56,042 nt of DNA from NCBI GenBank assembly GCA_002727675.1, contig PBXQ01000054.1, positions 1-56,042 on the forward strand, given 5' to 3'. How positions within the stretch are numbered: position 1 is the first letter of the stretch; every line of letters starts with the position of its first letter. This DNA comes from Thermoplasmata archaeon (lineage in GTDB: Archaea; Thermoplasmatota; Poseidoniia; Poseidoniales; Thalassarchaeaceae). Of the stretch, positions 28,770 to 43,154 are shown piece after piece. The translations under genes and the position numbers were made by a program. The notes under the pieces were generated by a model, which worked only from the letters and a program-made list of their open reading frames with translations, was not told the DNA's origin and made no database searches.

Positions 28770-29303
28770 ATGGCAGGGGGTGGAGACAGTGTTAAAGTGG
28801 CTCCTCATGACTTAGCTATAATAGTGGGTGCAATAGGCCTAATTGGTGCAATTGTTATTTCTCTATTTGCTACTTCATACATTCCACCTGTTGATTTTGG
28901 GGAGGATCAATCTAATCAGGAAGTAAGGTCGCTTTCAATAGGTGTTTTAGGGTCTAATGATAAAATAATCATTGATGGTAATCCATTATGTAATGCAAAT
29001 ACTTCTTGTGAAATTAATTCTATAGTTTTACACCTAGATGGTGATGAACTTCCTAATCCTGAAATTATTACTGAAGAAGATGGTTCATTTTATACAACTA
29101 TACCAGTTAATGGTAGTGGTGAGGTGACAATAGAAATGTCTGGTATAGGTAGTTGGGAGTTTGACATTTCAGCACAAAGGCAAATTCCAGTACAGTTTAT
29201 TCCTGCTATTTTAGCATTAATTATGCTAGTCTGGGGCGTTTGGCGTAAAATGCAGGAAACTACTGAAGATTCAGATATTGAAGATGTTGTTAGTTCTAAT
29301 TAG
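28770..29303 (+). CDS. Membrane protein with two TM helices flanking a soluble beta-rich domain
   Basis: Hydrophobic segments near both termini; no recognised family. Confidence 0.65.
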   Translation: MAGGGDSVKVAPHDLAIIVGAIGLIGAIVISLFATSYIPPVDFGEDQSNQEVRSLSIGVLGSNDKIIIDGNPLCNANTSCEINSIVLHLDGDELPNPEIITEEDGSFYTTIPVNGSGEVTIEMSGIGSWEFDISAQRQIPVQFIPAILALIMLVWGVWRKMQETTEDSDIEDVVSSN

Positions 29304-30799
29304 TCGCTCCATTTCCGGGTATAACTGTCAGTTATAATTTCAATGAATTTGCCATCATGGCAAATTAACTCACCTTGTGAGCTCAAACCACACACATTTA
29401 ATTTCATGCCACTGTCAGAAATTGCGAACTTACCAGGGGATAAATGGTTAGACATTAAATTCCAAATTGAATTTGTATAATCGTTTATGTTTGGCACTAA
29501 TTCATGGTTTTCGTAAAGTGATGAAATTGAGCAATTTAGAATTTTTGCATATTCTTCTAGATTTAATTCTTTATTGGTTATGACATCATTAATACTAGCA
29601 ATGGGCAATTTATTGATTTGTTGAGATGTTATATTTACTCCAATTCCTAATACGATTTTTTGTTTCCCTCCAAACTGTCTACCTTCAATCAGGCAGCCAG
29701 CGATTTTACCGTCCCTATTCCATACATCATTTGGCCATTGTAAATTGATGCCTAATTCCTTGATTTGTTTACAGTTAGTCCAATGGCTAGAGGCTAAAGG
29801 GGTTTTTGTTAAAGCACAAATTGAATCCACAACTGATAAAGCAGCAGACAACTGAAAATTCCCTTGGTTTCCTGAAACAATATTTGGATCAAGGTTCCAA
29901 CTACCTGCAAAATCTCCCTTATTTGTAATCCATTCTCTATCACGTTGGCCGCGTCCAGATGTCTGTTTTCGTGCAATAATACATTGTCCAATTTTTCGTT
30001 CTTTGTCCAGTAAAAATCGATTAGTAGATTCTATTTCATCATGCCATTCAATATGTGTTCCTTGAAAAGGTCTCCATGCAGAAAAACAGGTTATTCGTTC
30101 TCCATCGCCCAATTCGTACTCTTCAATGGTTCTGGTAGCCCATCCAGCCAGACGCCAATTACTTTGCAACATATTGCCTCTAATGTTATTTGTGTGGATT
30201 AAGTATACAGCCCCCGAATTTTTTAGCATCCTTGGTTTTTCTTCAAGTAATGAAATTAAAAGTTCACCCCAACCTTTTTCCCCATCATTATCTAGTAATC
30301 CTGCATCTTCCAGTGGACCTAATCGTATTTCATTTTCATTGATTGGTTCTAAATATGGTAGGTTCCAAATTATTAAATCAAATGGTGCTTCTGAATTGAA
30401 TATATTTTCTAACTGTTTGTTTGACTTATTGTGATCTCCGACCCCTTCCTCGTATACTTTAATTTCAACATTATTTTCAATTGCGTTTCCAATTGTTGAA
30501 GCAACAGCAAGAGGGTTAATGTCACATGCAACAACATCCCAACCATTGAATGCTGCAGATATTGAAACAACTCCAGTTCCACAACCGATTTCTAGTAATT
30601 TCTTTCCCTTACCATCGCCAATTAATGATATGCATTTATCAATTAAATTTGTATCTTCTCTAGGTGGGTATACTGTTGGTGGAATAATTATTGAAATCTC
30701 ATTTCCTTTACTACTAATCCATTTTTTCTCAACAGGGATTGAATTTTGATAGCCGACCTCTCTTTGAATTGGGCCGTCCATAATATTGCGGGTAGGCAT
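29300..30799 (-). CDS. Fusion of HemK2/PrmC-like SAM methyltransferase and biotin-protein ligase (BirA-like)
   Basis: VYPPREDT, LLEIGCGTG, DINP, IIWNLPY; then IESTN, QTSGRGQRDREW, QWPND, KIAGCLIE, LGIGVN. Confidence 0.85.
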   Translation of the reverse strand: MPTRNIMDGPIQREVGYQNSIPVEKKWISSKGNEISIIIPPTVYPPREDTNLIDKCISLIGDGKGKKLLEIGCGTGVVSISAAFNGWDVVACDINPLAVASTIGNAIENNVEIKVYEEGVGDHNKSNKQLENIFNSEAPFDLIIWNLPYLEPINENEIRLGPLEDAGLLDNDGEKGWGELLISLLEEKPRMLKNSGAVYLIHTNNIRGNMLQSNWRLAGWATRTIEEYELGDGERITCFSAWRPFQGTHIEWHDEIESTNRFLLDKERKIGQCIIARKQTSGRGQRDREWITNKGDFAGSWNLDPNIVSGNQGNFQLSAALSVVDSICALTKTPLASSHWTNCKQIKELGINLQWPNDVWNRDGKIAGCLIEGRQFGGKQKIVLGIGVNITSQQINKLPIASINDVITNKELNLEEYAKILNCSISSLYENHELVPNINDYTNSIWNLMSNHLSPGKFAISDSGMKLNVCGLSSQGELICHDGKFIEIITDSYTRKWSD

Positions 30800-30865
30800 T
30801 GATTATTCAAAATTTAATGTGAATTTGTGGATACCTTTATGTCGGACTCATGTAAAGGGTATTCT

Positions 30866-30931
30866 GGAGCGCCAACTCCGATTATGACCGAGCGGTCGTT
30901 AGGGTCAGCGTACGCTGTGCGGCAGGTTTTT
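30866..30931 (+). ncRNA. Candidate small structured RNA upstream of tRNA-Lys
   Basis: Three consecutive GC-rich hairpins followed by T5, about 25 nt downstream of a TTTATG box. Confidence 0.35.
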
Positions 30932-30970
30932 GAAGGGTACCCAAGTCCGACGTTATCTCCTATTAGCCAT

Positions 30971-31044
30971 GGGCCTGTAGCTCAGTCAGGTGGAGCGACG
31001 GACTTTTAATCCGTTGGTCGCGGGTTCGAACCCCGTCAGGCCCG
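30971..31044 (+). tRNA. tRNA-Lys(UUU), CCA not encoded
   Basis: GGGCCTG/CAGGCCC acceptor, GCTC/GAGC D arm, ACGGA-CTTTTAA-TCCGT anticodon arm, GCGGG-TTCGAAC-CCCGT T arm. Confidence 0.96.
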
Positions 31045-31095
31045 CTCCACCAATTGGGCCTCAGTCCATCGTTTTTGGAGTCTGGGGGAAAGGGC

Positions 31096-31686
31096 GTGGC
31101 GGTCAAATCATCAACTAAGAAACGACTAATGGAATTGGGTGTAAAAGAGGAGCTGGCACACAAGTTGGCGGATGATGCCAACATGGATACCATCAAGAAG
31201 ATGAGTGCCAATGATGTTGCTACTAAACTTGGATTGAAGATGGGTGACAATGAACTTGAGACCATTATGGATATTATTCGTGAACAATCTGCATCAAAAC
31301 GTCGCAGACCCACACGCCGGGTTGAGATGAAAGCAGAATTGCGTAAGTTGGAAACAAGTATTCCTTTGGGTGAAATGAGATTTAATGTTTTGAATCATGA
31401 ACTTGTACCACTCCATGAATTAGTTTCCGAAGATGAAGAAATGGAAGAATTGTCTCCCTGGGAATTGATAGGTTCTGATGTAGATGGCAATCAAAGATTA
31501 CGCAGGGAATTGTTGCCTAAGATTTTGATTACTGATCCAGCTATTCAGGCTCTCAAAGAGGCTCTAGAGTTGGAAAATGATGAACTTAGGGCTGGTTGGT
31601 TGAATAACAGGGTGGTGCGAATCACACGCCGTAGCCCATCTGCAGGTATTCACGTAGCTTACAGGTTAGTAGTAGAGGGTAATTAA
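31096..31686 (+). CDS. rpoH: RNA polymerase subunit Rpo5 (RpoH) with long N-terminal extension
   Basis: FNVLNHELVPLHE, LPKILITDP, VVRITRRSPSAG..YRLVV; GTG start at 31096 after GGGGG RBS. Confidence 0.9.
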   Translation: MAVKSSTKKRLMELGVKEELAHKLADDANMDTIKKMSANDVATKLGLKMGDNELETIMDIIREQSASKRRRPTRRVEMKAELRKLETSIPLGEMRFNVLNHELVPLHELVSEDEEMEELSPWELIGSDVDGNQRLRRELLPKILITDPAIQALKEALELENDELRAGWLNNRVVRITRRSPSAGIHVAYRLVVEGN

Positions 31687-31699
31687 GGAGGTTAATGAC

Positions 31700-34600
31700 A
31701 TGAAAGAAATTATTGAAACATTCTTTAGAGAAAGAAGTCTTGTGAACCATCAAATTGCTTCATACGATGATTGTCTTCCCAAAGGAGATGGCCGTAATTG
31801 TCGTTTTGAAAAAATTGTACAAGGGATAAAAATAGGAACAGACGAGGTAATTGAAGATGATGAAGGAGGATTAGTCAAACTGGACGTCCTAGATAACGAA
31901 ATTACAGTACGAATGAAGAATTTAACTTTGGGTCCCCCAACAATTCGTGAAGCAAATGGAGCAAATAATTACGACGCGACACCTTTAGAGTGCCGGTTGA
32001 GAAAATTGACTTATTCTTCTCCAATTATGCTGGATTTTACTATTCACCGTGAAGACCACCCTACTCCAATTAAGGAAGAATCAGTACAAATTGGTAGTTT
32101 GCCAATTATGGTTAGGTCAGAGAGATGCAATCTAAATCCTGGGCATGTTGACCCCAACCGCATTCTTAAGCCGGAATCTAGTGAAGAGGATAAAGAAGTA
32201 TACATGTCCCTTCTTAAGAAAAAAGGAGAAGACCCATATGATCCAGGTGGTTATTTCATTATTAACGGAACAGAAAGAGTCCTCATTTCTATGGAAGATT
32301 TAGCACCTAACAGGGTTACCGTTGAGATGAATAAGAGATATACCCGTCAAACAGAAGTTGCTAAGATATTTTCTCAGAAAGATGGTGTACGTAAGCCGTT
32401 AACTGTGGAAAAGAGAAAAGATGGAATGTTGATGGTGAAAATCAGTAGTGCAGGTGCTCAGGTAATTCCTGCTGTTTTATTGATGCGTGCTTTGGGAATA
32501 AATTCAGATGAAGAGATATTCTCATCAATTGCTGGACATAAAGATGCTTTCAAGTATGTTGTTGCCAACATTAACCACGTAAGAGACCCTGAAATCAAGG
32601 ACCCTTATGCAGTTGAAACAAATGAGGAAGCTATTGCATGGTTAGAGAAGAAATTCGCAGCAGGGCAACAAAAAGAATATCGTGAACAGCGAGTAAATAA
32701 TTTGATGGACAAAGAGTTACTGCCTCATCTTGGGCAACAACCAGAACACAGAATGAAGAAAGCCGTATTCTTGGGTAGAATTGTTCGTCAAGTTCTAGAG
32801 ATGGCCATTACAGATAAAAAAGCAAATGACAAGGATCATTATGCAAATAAGAGAGTAAGATTGGCAGGTGATTTGATTGAGGATTTGTTCAGAGTTAGTA
32901 TGACTCAATTGGCTCGTGATTTGAAGTACCAATTAGAAAGACACCATAACAGAAAGAGAGAGTTGAAGATTAACAGTTGTTTACGTCCGGATGTTTTGAC
33001 ATCTAAGATTATGCACGCTTTAGCAACTGGTAATTGGGTTGGTGGTAGAACAGGAGTTAGTCAACTTTTGGACCGTACCACATATATTTCTGCACTTTCA
33101 CATATGCGTAGAGTTACAAGTCCTCTTGTAAGAAGCCAACCTCATTTCGAAGCTCGTGATTTACACCCAACCCAATGGGGCAGGCTTTGCCCTAATGAGA
33201 CTCCAGAAGGTCAAAATTGTGGTTTGGTAAAGAACGCATCCCAAATGATTGACGTTTCTGAAGCAGTTTCTGAAATTGAGGTGCAAGAGTTACTAAGAGA
33301 AGCAAATGTAGTTGAGCCAGAAGATTGGTCAGAGGGTTCAAGAATACATGTAAATGGAGATATTTTTGGTTTGCATAAGAACCCAAACCGTCTCATAACT
33401 CATTTCAAGCGTCGCCGCAGAAACGGCCGTATCCGCCCAGAAGTAAGTATTCGTCACGATTCTGTTAATAGGGATATTTTCATCAATACTGACAAAGGGC
33501 GTATTCTCCGTCCATTATTGGTATTGGATAATGGGAATATGGTTCTTGCAAAAGAGCACATAGAGGCATTGAGAGAACGTGAAATTACATTCAAGGATTT
33601 GGTAAATAAAGGAGTGGTTGAATGGGTTGATGCAGAAGAAGAAGAAGATCTTCTAATTGCGCCAAGGCCATATGATTTGCCAGCTTTGTCTCCAAAGCAT
33701 AAAAGGCCAATTAACCCTGCTAAAGTTAATTGGAAGAATCTTGGCGAATTCGACATTTCTCATGCTGATTTAGAAGTGGATGTGCAATTGTCTAATGGTG
33801 ATTGGGTAACTGAGAAAATGAAATTACCACTGAATTACTTCCAAGAAGAAATTGAAAAATTACGCCGTAAAGAAAAGAAGAGTGGTGATGTTCTTGTATA
33901 TACTCACGTGGAAATAGATCCTCAACTAATTCTTGGTGTTTGTGCTAGTTTAGTTCCTTATCCGGAGCACAACTCTACACCTCGTGTTACTGGCGGTACT
34001 GCTATGGTTAAGCAATCACTAGGTTTACCTGCAAGTAATCACAGATTAAGGCCTGATACTAGGATGCATATTTTGGATTACCCGCAACGTTCTATAGTTC
34101 AAACAAAATCTATGGAAACCACCAATTTCGTCAACAGACCAGGTGGGCAAAATTTCATTGTAGCAATATTAAGTCATCATGGATATAATATGCAAGACGC
34201 TGTGATTATGAACCGCGCATCTGTTGAAAGGTCTCTTGGGCGTTCAAGTTTCGTCCGTACATACAATGCAGAGAAGAAAAGGTTCCCAGGTGGTCAACAA
34301 GAAGAGATTCAGATTCCAGGTGCAGGGCAAGATGAAGTAAAAGGAAGGAAGGATAGTTCTGAGTATGATCATTTAGAATATGATGGTCTCCCACATCCTG
34401 AGACAATGTTGTCTGGTAAAAGAGATGATGATCCTGCTGTTTTGGTTGGAAAAACTAGTCCACCACGTTTCCTTGAAGAAGGTCATGGTGCTTTCATGAT
34501 GGGTCAGTACCGTCAAGAGTCTAGTATGCACGTTCGTCATGGTGAGAGTGGAAATGTAGATCATCTCTTTGTGACTGAAAGTTTGGACGCAGGGCGCTTA

Positions 34601-35377
34601 GTAAGAATTACCTTACGTCAACATCGTATTCCTGAATTAGGTGACAAGTTTTCATCTAGGCACGGTCAGAAGGGTGTCATTGGTCGCCTAGTTAATCAAG
34701 AGGATATGCCATTTACAGTTGATGGTGTTGTCCCGGATTTGATCATTAATCCTCACGCGATTCCAAGTAGGATGACAGTTGCTCACATTCTAGAAATGAT
34801 TGGTGGGAAAACAGGCGCAATGGAAGGTCGTTTCATTGACGCTTCTGCATTTTCTAGTGAAAAGGAAGCATCTATTCGTGAAGGTTTGCTAAGGAATGGT
34901 TTCCAGCACACTGGTCGTGAGAAGATGATTAATGGTGAGACTGGTGAGGAGTATCCATCTAACATCTTTGTAGGATGTATTTATTATCAGAAACTTCATC
35001 ATATGGTGAGTAGTAAGATTCACGCACGTAGTCGTGGTAGAGTGCAGATTCTAACAAGACAACCGACTGAAGGTCGTGCACGTCAAGGTGGTTTGAGGTT
35101 TGGTGAAATGGAGCGTGATTGTCTAATTGCTCATGGTGCTTCAATGGTAATTAAGGATAGATTGCTAGATGAATCTGATGGTGTCCATCTAGCAGTGTGT
35201 GCAGAAAGTGGGCACATTGCTTATTGGGATAACAGAAGAAGATGTTACATCAGTCCAGTCCATGGTGAAAGTGCAGAGGTACATTTAGTTGAAACCTCAT
35301 ATGCATTTAAGTTGTTATTAGATGAAATGAAATCTCTTGGGGTCGCTATGAGGCTTCAGTTGGAGGATAGGAAGTGA
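31700..35377 (+). CDS. rpoB: RNA polymerase subunit Rpo2 (unsplit B)
   Basis: DPGGYFIINGTERV, ETPEGQNCGLVK, GDKFSSRHGQKG, NPHAIPSRMT, RQPTEGRARQGGLRFGEMERD; AAGGAGG RBS. Confidence 0.98.
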   Translation: MKEIIETFFRERSLVNHQIASYDDCLPKGDGRNCRFEKIVQGIKIGTDEVIEDDEGGLVKLDVLDNEITVRMKNLTLGPPTIREANGANNYDATPLECRLRKLTYSSPIMLDFTIHREDHPTPIKEESVQIGSLPIMVRSERCNLNPGHVDPNRILKPESSEEDKEVYMSLLKKKGEDPYDPGGYFIINGTERVLISMEDLAPNRVTVEMNKRYTRQTEVAKIFSQKDGVRKPLTVEKRKDGMLMVKISSAGAQVIPAVLLMRALGINSDEEIFSSIAGHKDAFKYVVANINHVRDPEIKDPYAVETNEEAIAWLEKKFAAGQQKEYREQRVNNLMDKELLPHLGQQPEHRMKKAVFLGRIVRQVLEMAITDKKANDKDHYANKRVRLAGDLIEDLFRVSMTQLARDLKYQLERHHNRKRELKINSCLRPDVLTSKIMHALATGNWVGGRTGVSQLLDRTTYISALSHMRRVTSPLVRSQPHFEARDLHPTQWGRLCPNETPEGQNCGLVKNASQMIDVSEAVSEIEVQELLREANVVEPEDWSEGSRIHVNGDIFGLHKNPNRLITHFKRRRRNGRIRPEVSIRHDSVNRDIFINTDKGRILRPLLVLDNGNMVLAKEHIEALREREITFKDLVNKGVVEWVDAEEEEDLLIAPRPYDLPALSPKHKRPINPAKVNWKNLGEFDISHADLEVDVQLSNGDWVTEKMKLPLNYFQEEIEKLRRKEKKSGDVLVYTHVEIDPQLILGVCASLVPYPEHNSTPRVTGGTAMVKQSLGLPASNHRLRPDTRMHILDYPQRSIVQTKSMETTNFVNRPGGQNFIVAILSHHGYNMQDAVIMNRASVERSLGRSSFVRTYNAEKKRFPGGQQEEIQIPGAGQDEVKGRKDSSEYDHLEYDGLPHPETMLSGKRDDDPAVLVGKTSPPRFLEEGHGAFMMGQYRQESSMHVRHGESGNVDHLFVTESLDAGRLVRITLRQHRIPELGDKFSSRHGQKGVIGRLVNQEDMPFTVDGVVPDLIINPHAIPSRMTVAHILEMIGGKTGAMEGRFIDASAFSSEKEASIREGLLRNGFQHTGREKMINGETGEEYPSNIFVGCIYYQKLHHMVSSKIHARSRGRVQILTRQPTEGRARQGGLRFGEMERDCLIAHGASMVIKDRLLDESDGVHLAVCAESGHIAYWDNRRRCYISPVHGESAEVHLVETSYAFKLLLDEMKSLGVAMRLQLEDRK

Positions 35378-35381
35378 TAAC

Positions 35382-40012
<4,631 letters not shown>

Positions 40013-40058
40013 TTACAATCCCACCATGAGAAACAAAGTGAGTATGGAGGAATAAATA

Positions 40059-40358
40059 ATGGATATAATTAGACAATTAAAGATGGCATTGAAGAGTGGA
40101 AAGTTATTGTTTGGTCAAAACCAGACTGCAGCAGCATGCGCCCGAGGTGAAGCAAAATTAGTCATCATGGCAGCTAACTGCCCTGGTGAATATTTAGATG
40201 ATTTACATGCGAGTCACCCAGATGTCCCAATGCATCGTGTTACTATGGTAAATCGGGAACTTGGTGCAGCTTGTGCTAAGCCATTCCACGTTAGTACCAT
40301 TTGTGTGGTAGATGCAGGTAATAGTGATTTACTCTCACTAAAAGGTAATATTGATTGA
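40059..40358 (+). CDS. rpl30e: 50S ribosomal protein L30e
   Basis: KSGKLLFG..AKLVIMAANCP..ELGAACAKPF..VDAGNSDLL; canonical position after rpoA2. Confidence 0.92.
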   Translation: MDIIRQLKMALKSGKLLFGQNQTAAACARGEAKLVIMAANCPGEYLDDLHASHPDVPMHRVTMVNRELGAACAKPFHVSTICVVDAGNSDLLSLKGNID

Positions 40359-40447
40359 TTTCTGGTAATTTATATTACTCTTTATTTCGCCAATTTATCT
40401 TTGTTGAAGGCATAGCATTGATGTGCTCTCATGATAGCGGAGAGATA

Positions 40448-41413
40448 ATGGCAATTTCATTATCTTCAGTTCTAGATGAACTTGGTATTGGAATAAAACC
40501 TTCAGGTATTGTATGCAGAACCCCTGGGATTAATTGTTTAGGGGTAATTGAATCTATTAGTGATTTAGATTTCAAGTCACCAGTCCCAGTAGGTTCTTTT
40601 GTTTGGCATGCTGAACCTGGTTGGGCTCCAATTGATAGAATGGAACTAGAGCGTTGGCTAGTAGATTCTCCTAAAGGAGTTCATTGGATAATTTCTGAGA
40701 GGAATTTATTAGATATTGAAGGCGTAGCTATTCTTGAACATATAGATTTAACAATTTGGGGCATAGATGATTTAGCTAAATGGCTAGGTCACGCCTTGTT
40801 ATCGGGTAGGATTTCATTATCAATCGAATCAAACAAATCAGAATCTATTAATTCTATTTCTCAGAGAATAAAAAATAATTCACCTAAGCCATTGAATGTA
40901 GTTGCATATAAGCCAAAGGTAAACTTAACCGAATGGTTATCTCAGAGGGGTTACGAAAGATTACCAGTCAGGCCAATTTTATTGGAAGGTAGACAATGGG
41001 TTGTTGAAGGAAAATTGATAGGTCCAGATGATGTTAGTGAAAGACATAGTTGGAAATTAATTGATGATCCATTCACTGGGGAATTAAGCAGATATGGGGA
41101 TGTAGAGTCATTACCCTCAATCCCTCATCTTGAACGTGTAACTCCTTTAACATTGAAAACAACTGAAATGGTGAGGTCGGAATTGCCTTCAATTTGTGAA
41201 GAAAGGCGGCATTGGAGGATGGATTCAGGAAACGAATCAGGCACGCAAGGTAGTATATTGCATTGGTGGAGAATAAGTGAAAAGGATGCAAGTATGTCTC
41301 ATTCTCCAGTTTTAATACCTGCTTGGGATGTTAACTTCCCGGGTTCTGGCTGGATGTTAGTTCATGGGCTGACTGGCGAAGTTTTGAATTCACCATTAAG
41401 TAATAGATCCTAA
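40448..41413 (+). CDS. Hypothetical protein
   Basis: Long ORF, Trp-rich, no recognised motif; start uncertain. Confidence 0.65.
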   Translation: MAISLSSVLDELGIGIKPSGIVCRTPGINCLGVIESISDLDFKSPVPVGSFVWHAEPGWAPIDRMELERWLVDSPKGVHWIISERNLLDIEGVAILEHIDLTIWGIDDLAKWLGHALLSGRISLSIESNKSESINSISQRIKNNSPKPLNVVAYKPKVNLTEWLSQRGYERLPVRPILLEGRQWVVEGKLIGPDDVSERHSWKLIDDPFTGELSRYGDVESLPSIPHLERVTPLTLKTTEMVRSELPSICEERRHWRMDSGNESGTQGSILHWWRISEKDASMSHSPVLIPAWDVNFPGSGWMLVHGLTGEVLNSPLSNRS

Positions 41414-41417
41414 TTAA

Positions 41418-42140
41418 TTAATCAAATAATGGGCCCAAAATAGTTACAGAGCCTGAACTAATATCAATTGCCTGCTTTTCCATGCTGTGTCTGACATGCC
41501 TCATCTTTTCAATTTGCAAAGTCCTCACGATCTTTCCATTCCTTCTATCCAAACCTAAGTTAATGATACCATCAGCGATGAAACCTTCATTCCCCTGTAG
41601 TTCAGCATGTTCGCCTGGTTGTCTTTCGGTTATGATGAATGTGTAAAGGCCTTGAGTTCTAAGAAAATCAAAGAATCCAAACATTTTCTTCCTCATTTCT
41701 TCATCAACGCTAGTTAAACTGTAAATTGCACCAAGGCTATCAAGAATAAAAACAGAGAATTGACTTCCCCTTTCTTGCTTAAAATGCTGTATCATTCTTT
41801 TAGTGAATTTTAGATAGTCCATAGCTTCATTTTCTTTCCTTAATTCAGTAAGATCAGTGATTTGAAGGTTGGTGGGCAACTCTAAACCCATTGAGTTACA
41901 GGTTTTTAGTAAACTATCAACTGTTTCTTCAACAGTACAGTACAATCCAAACTCACCCGTGCGCTTAAGATGATTAGAAATCATGGATAATGAAAAACTC
42001 GTTTTCATAGACCCCGGTGGGCCTGTAACCAGACTTAGATAAGGTGGTTCAATATCATTGCTAATTACTCGCTCCATTCTTGTAATGCCGCCAACAAACA
42101 TGTTACTCGTGCGTTGGATTTTATGGGTCTTCTTAATCAT
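41418..42140 (-). CDS. KaiC/RAD55-like RecA-superfamily ATPase (single domain)
   Basis: LVTGPPGSMKTS, TVEE, FILDSL, IADGIINL, RTLQIEKMRHVRHS. Confidence 0.88.
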   Translation of the reverse strand: MIKKTHKIQRTSNMFVGGITRMERVISNDIEPPYLSLVTGPPGSMKTSFSLSMISNHLKRTGEFGLYCTVEETVDSLLKTCNSMGLELPTNLQITDLTELRKENEAMDYLKFTKRMIQHFKQERGSQFSVFILDSLGAIYSLTSVDEEMRKKMFGFFDFLRTQGLYTFIITERQPGEHAELQGNEGFIADGIINLGLDRRNGKIVRTLQIEKMRHVRHSMEKQAIDISSGSVTILGPLFD

Positions 42141-42288
42141 TATCTTAAATATCTCATTGGAGGGCAGTTATTTGATTATAATCAGTTGATTCAATTAATC
42201 ATAGTGATTTAATAACCATGTCTCTGTCGTGGGTTTGCGTGATACCAGCCCTTTGGGTTGAGAGAATGGAATTGGAGGCTTGTAATCG

Positions 42289-43143
42289 ATGCAGGAAGCA
42301 CTGAAACGTGTCGAAGTAGAAGCTGAAAAATTCATGACAAAACATCAAGAAAGACGTGATGAATGGAATACAAAAGTAGTTAATTTCCGAACACAACGTG
42401 ACCAAATTAATGGTCAGAAACGTGAGTTATATGATGAAATTGAAAGGCAAAGAGGCGTTAGAGATAAGGAGAATTCTAGGGCCCGTGAAGCAAAAACACA
42501 GCGTCGTGAAGCTAATGAAAAATATTTGTCTTTACGTGAAGAATTATTTGGTCCTGAGGAGAAGGGCAAAAAACAACGGAAAAAAGGAGATACTGTTGAA
42601 TCAATAAAAAAGAGGATGAATTCATTAGAATTAAAATATCAAATTGGTGGTTTTCCTGGTCGTAAAGGAGAAGATCAGTTTCGTGATGAAATGACTAAAT
42701 TATCACGAAAGTTACGTGAATTACAAGCAGATCAATCAAAAAATCAGGAATCTTTTGATAATCCAGAATTAAAAAATTTACATGAGATTAGGGAAGCCGC
42801 TCATCGTGAAGTAATTGAGTCTGCGGATGCTGCACAGGCAGCACACGATTTGATGGGTAAATTGCAGGCTGAAACTAAGAGAATGAATGGAGAACATGAA
42901 ACGGCCCATCGCTCTTACATTTCAGCAAAAACTGAGGCTGATTTAGAGCATCAATATTACATTGTAGCGATGCGTTGTGTTTACAGTGCCCGACACCTAA
43001 CTAAGGCGATTCAAGATAGGGCGGATGGAATCCAACCATCTAAGGTTGAAGCCACAAGCCAAAACATCGATTTGATGAGTGCTTTGATGTCTGGTCAAGC
43101 CCTTACTACAGAACAGTTAATGGCTATGAAGAGGAAAGATTGA
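42289..43143 (+). CDS. Archaeal coiled-coil protein (COG1340-like), paralog 1
   Basis: Heptad-rich; RDEWN/RDQIN repeats, AQAAHDLM, C-terminal SGQALTTEQL. Confidence 0.72.
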   Translation: MQEALKRVEVEAEKFMTKHQERRDEWNTKVVNFRTQRDQINGQKRELYDEIERQRGVRDKENSRAREAKTQRREANEKYLSLREELFGPEEKGKKQRKKGDTVESIKKRMNSLELKYQIGGFPGRKGEDQFRDEMTKLSRKLRELQADQSKNQESFDNPELKNLHEIREAAHREVIESADAAQAAHDLMGKLQAETKRMNGEHETAHRSYISAKTEADLEHQYYIVAMRCVYSARHLTKAIQDRADGIQPSKVEATSQNIDLMSALMSGQALTTEQLMAMKRKD

Positions 43144-43154
43144 GCGGTGATGTT

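Noticed and set aside
30827-31009. 60-aa ORF across the structured region
   Set aside because: Overlaps the tRNA and has no protein-like features
30971-31095. tRNA as an integration site for a mobile element
   Set aside because: No integrase and no duplicated tRNA 3' end seen; flanks are core genes
41418-42140. Circadian clock KaiC
   Set aside because: Single-domain ATPase with no kaiA/kaiB nearby; generic archaeal KaiC-like family
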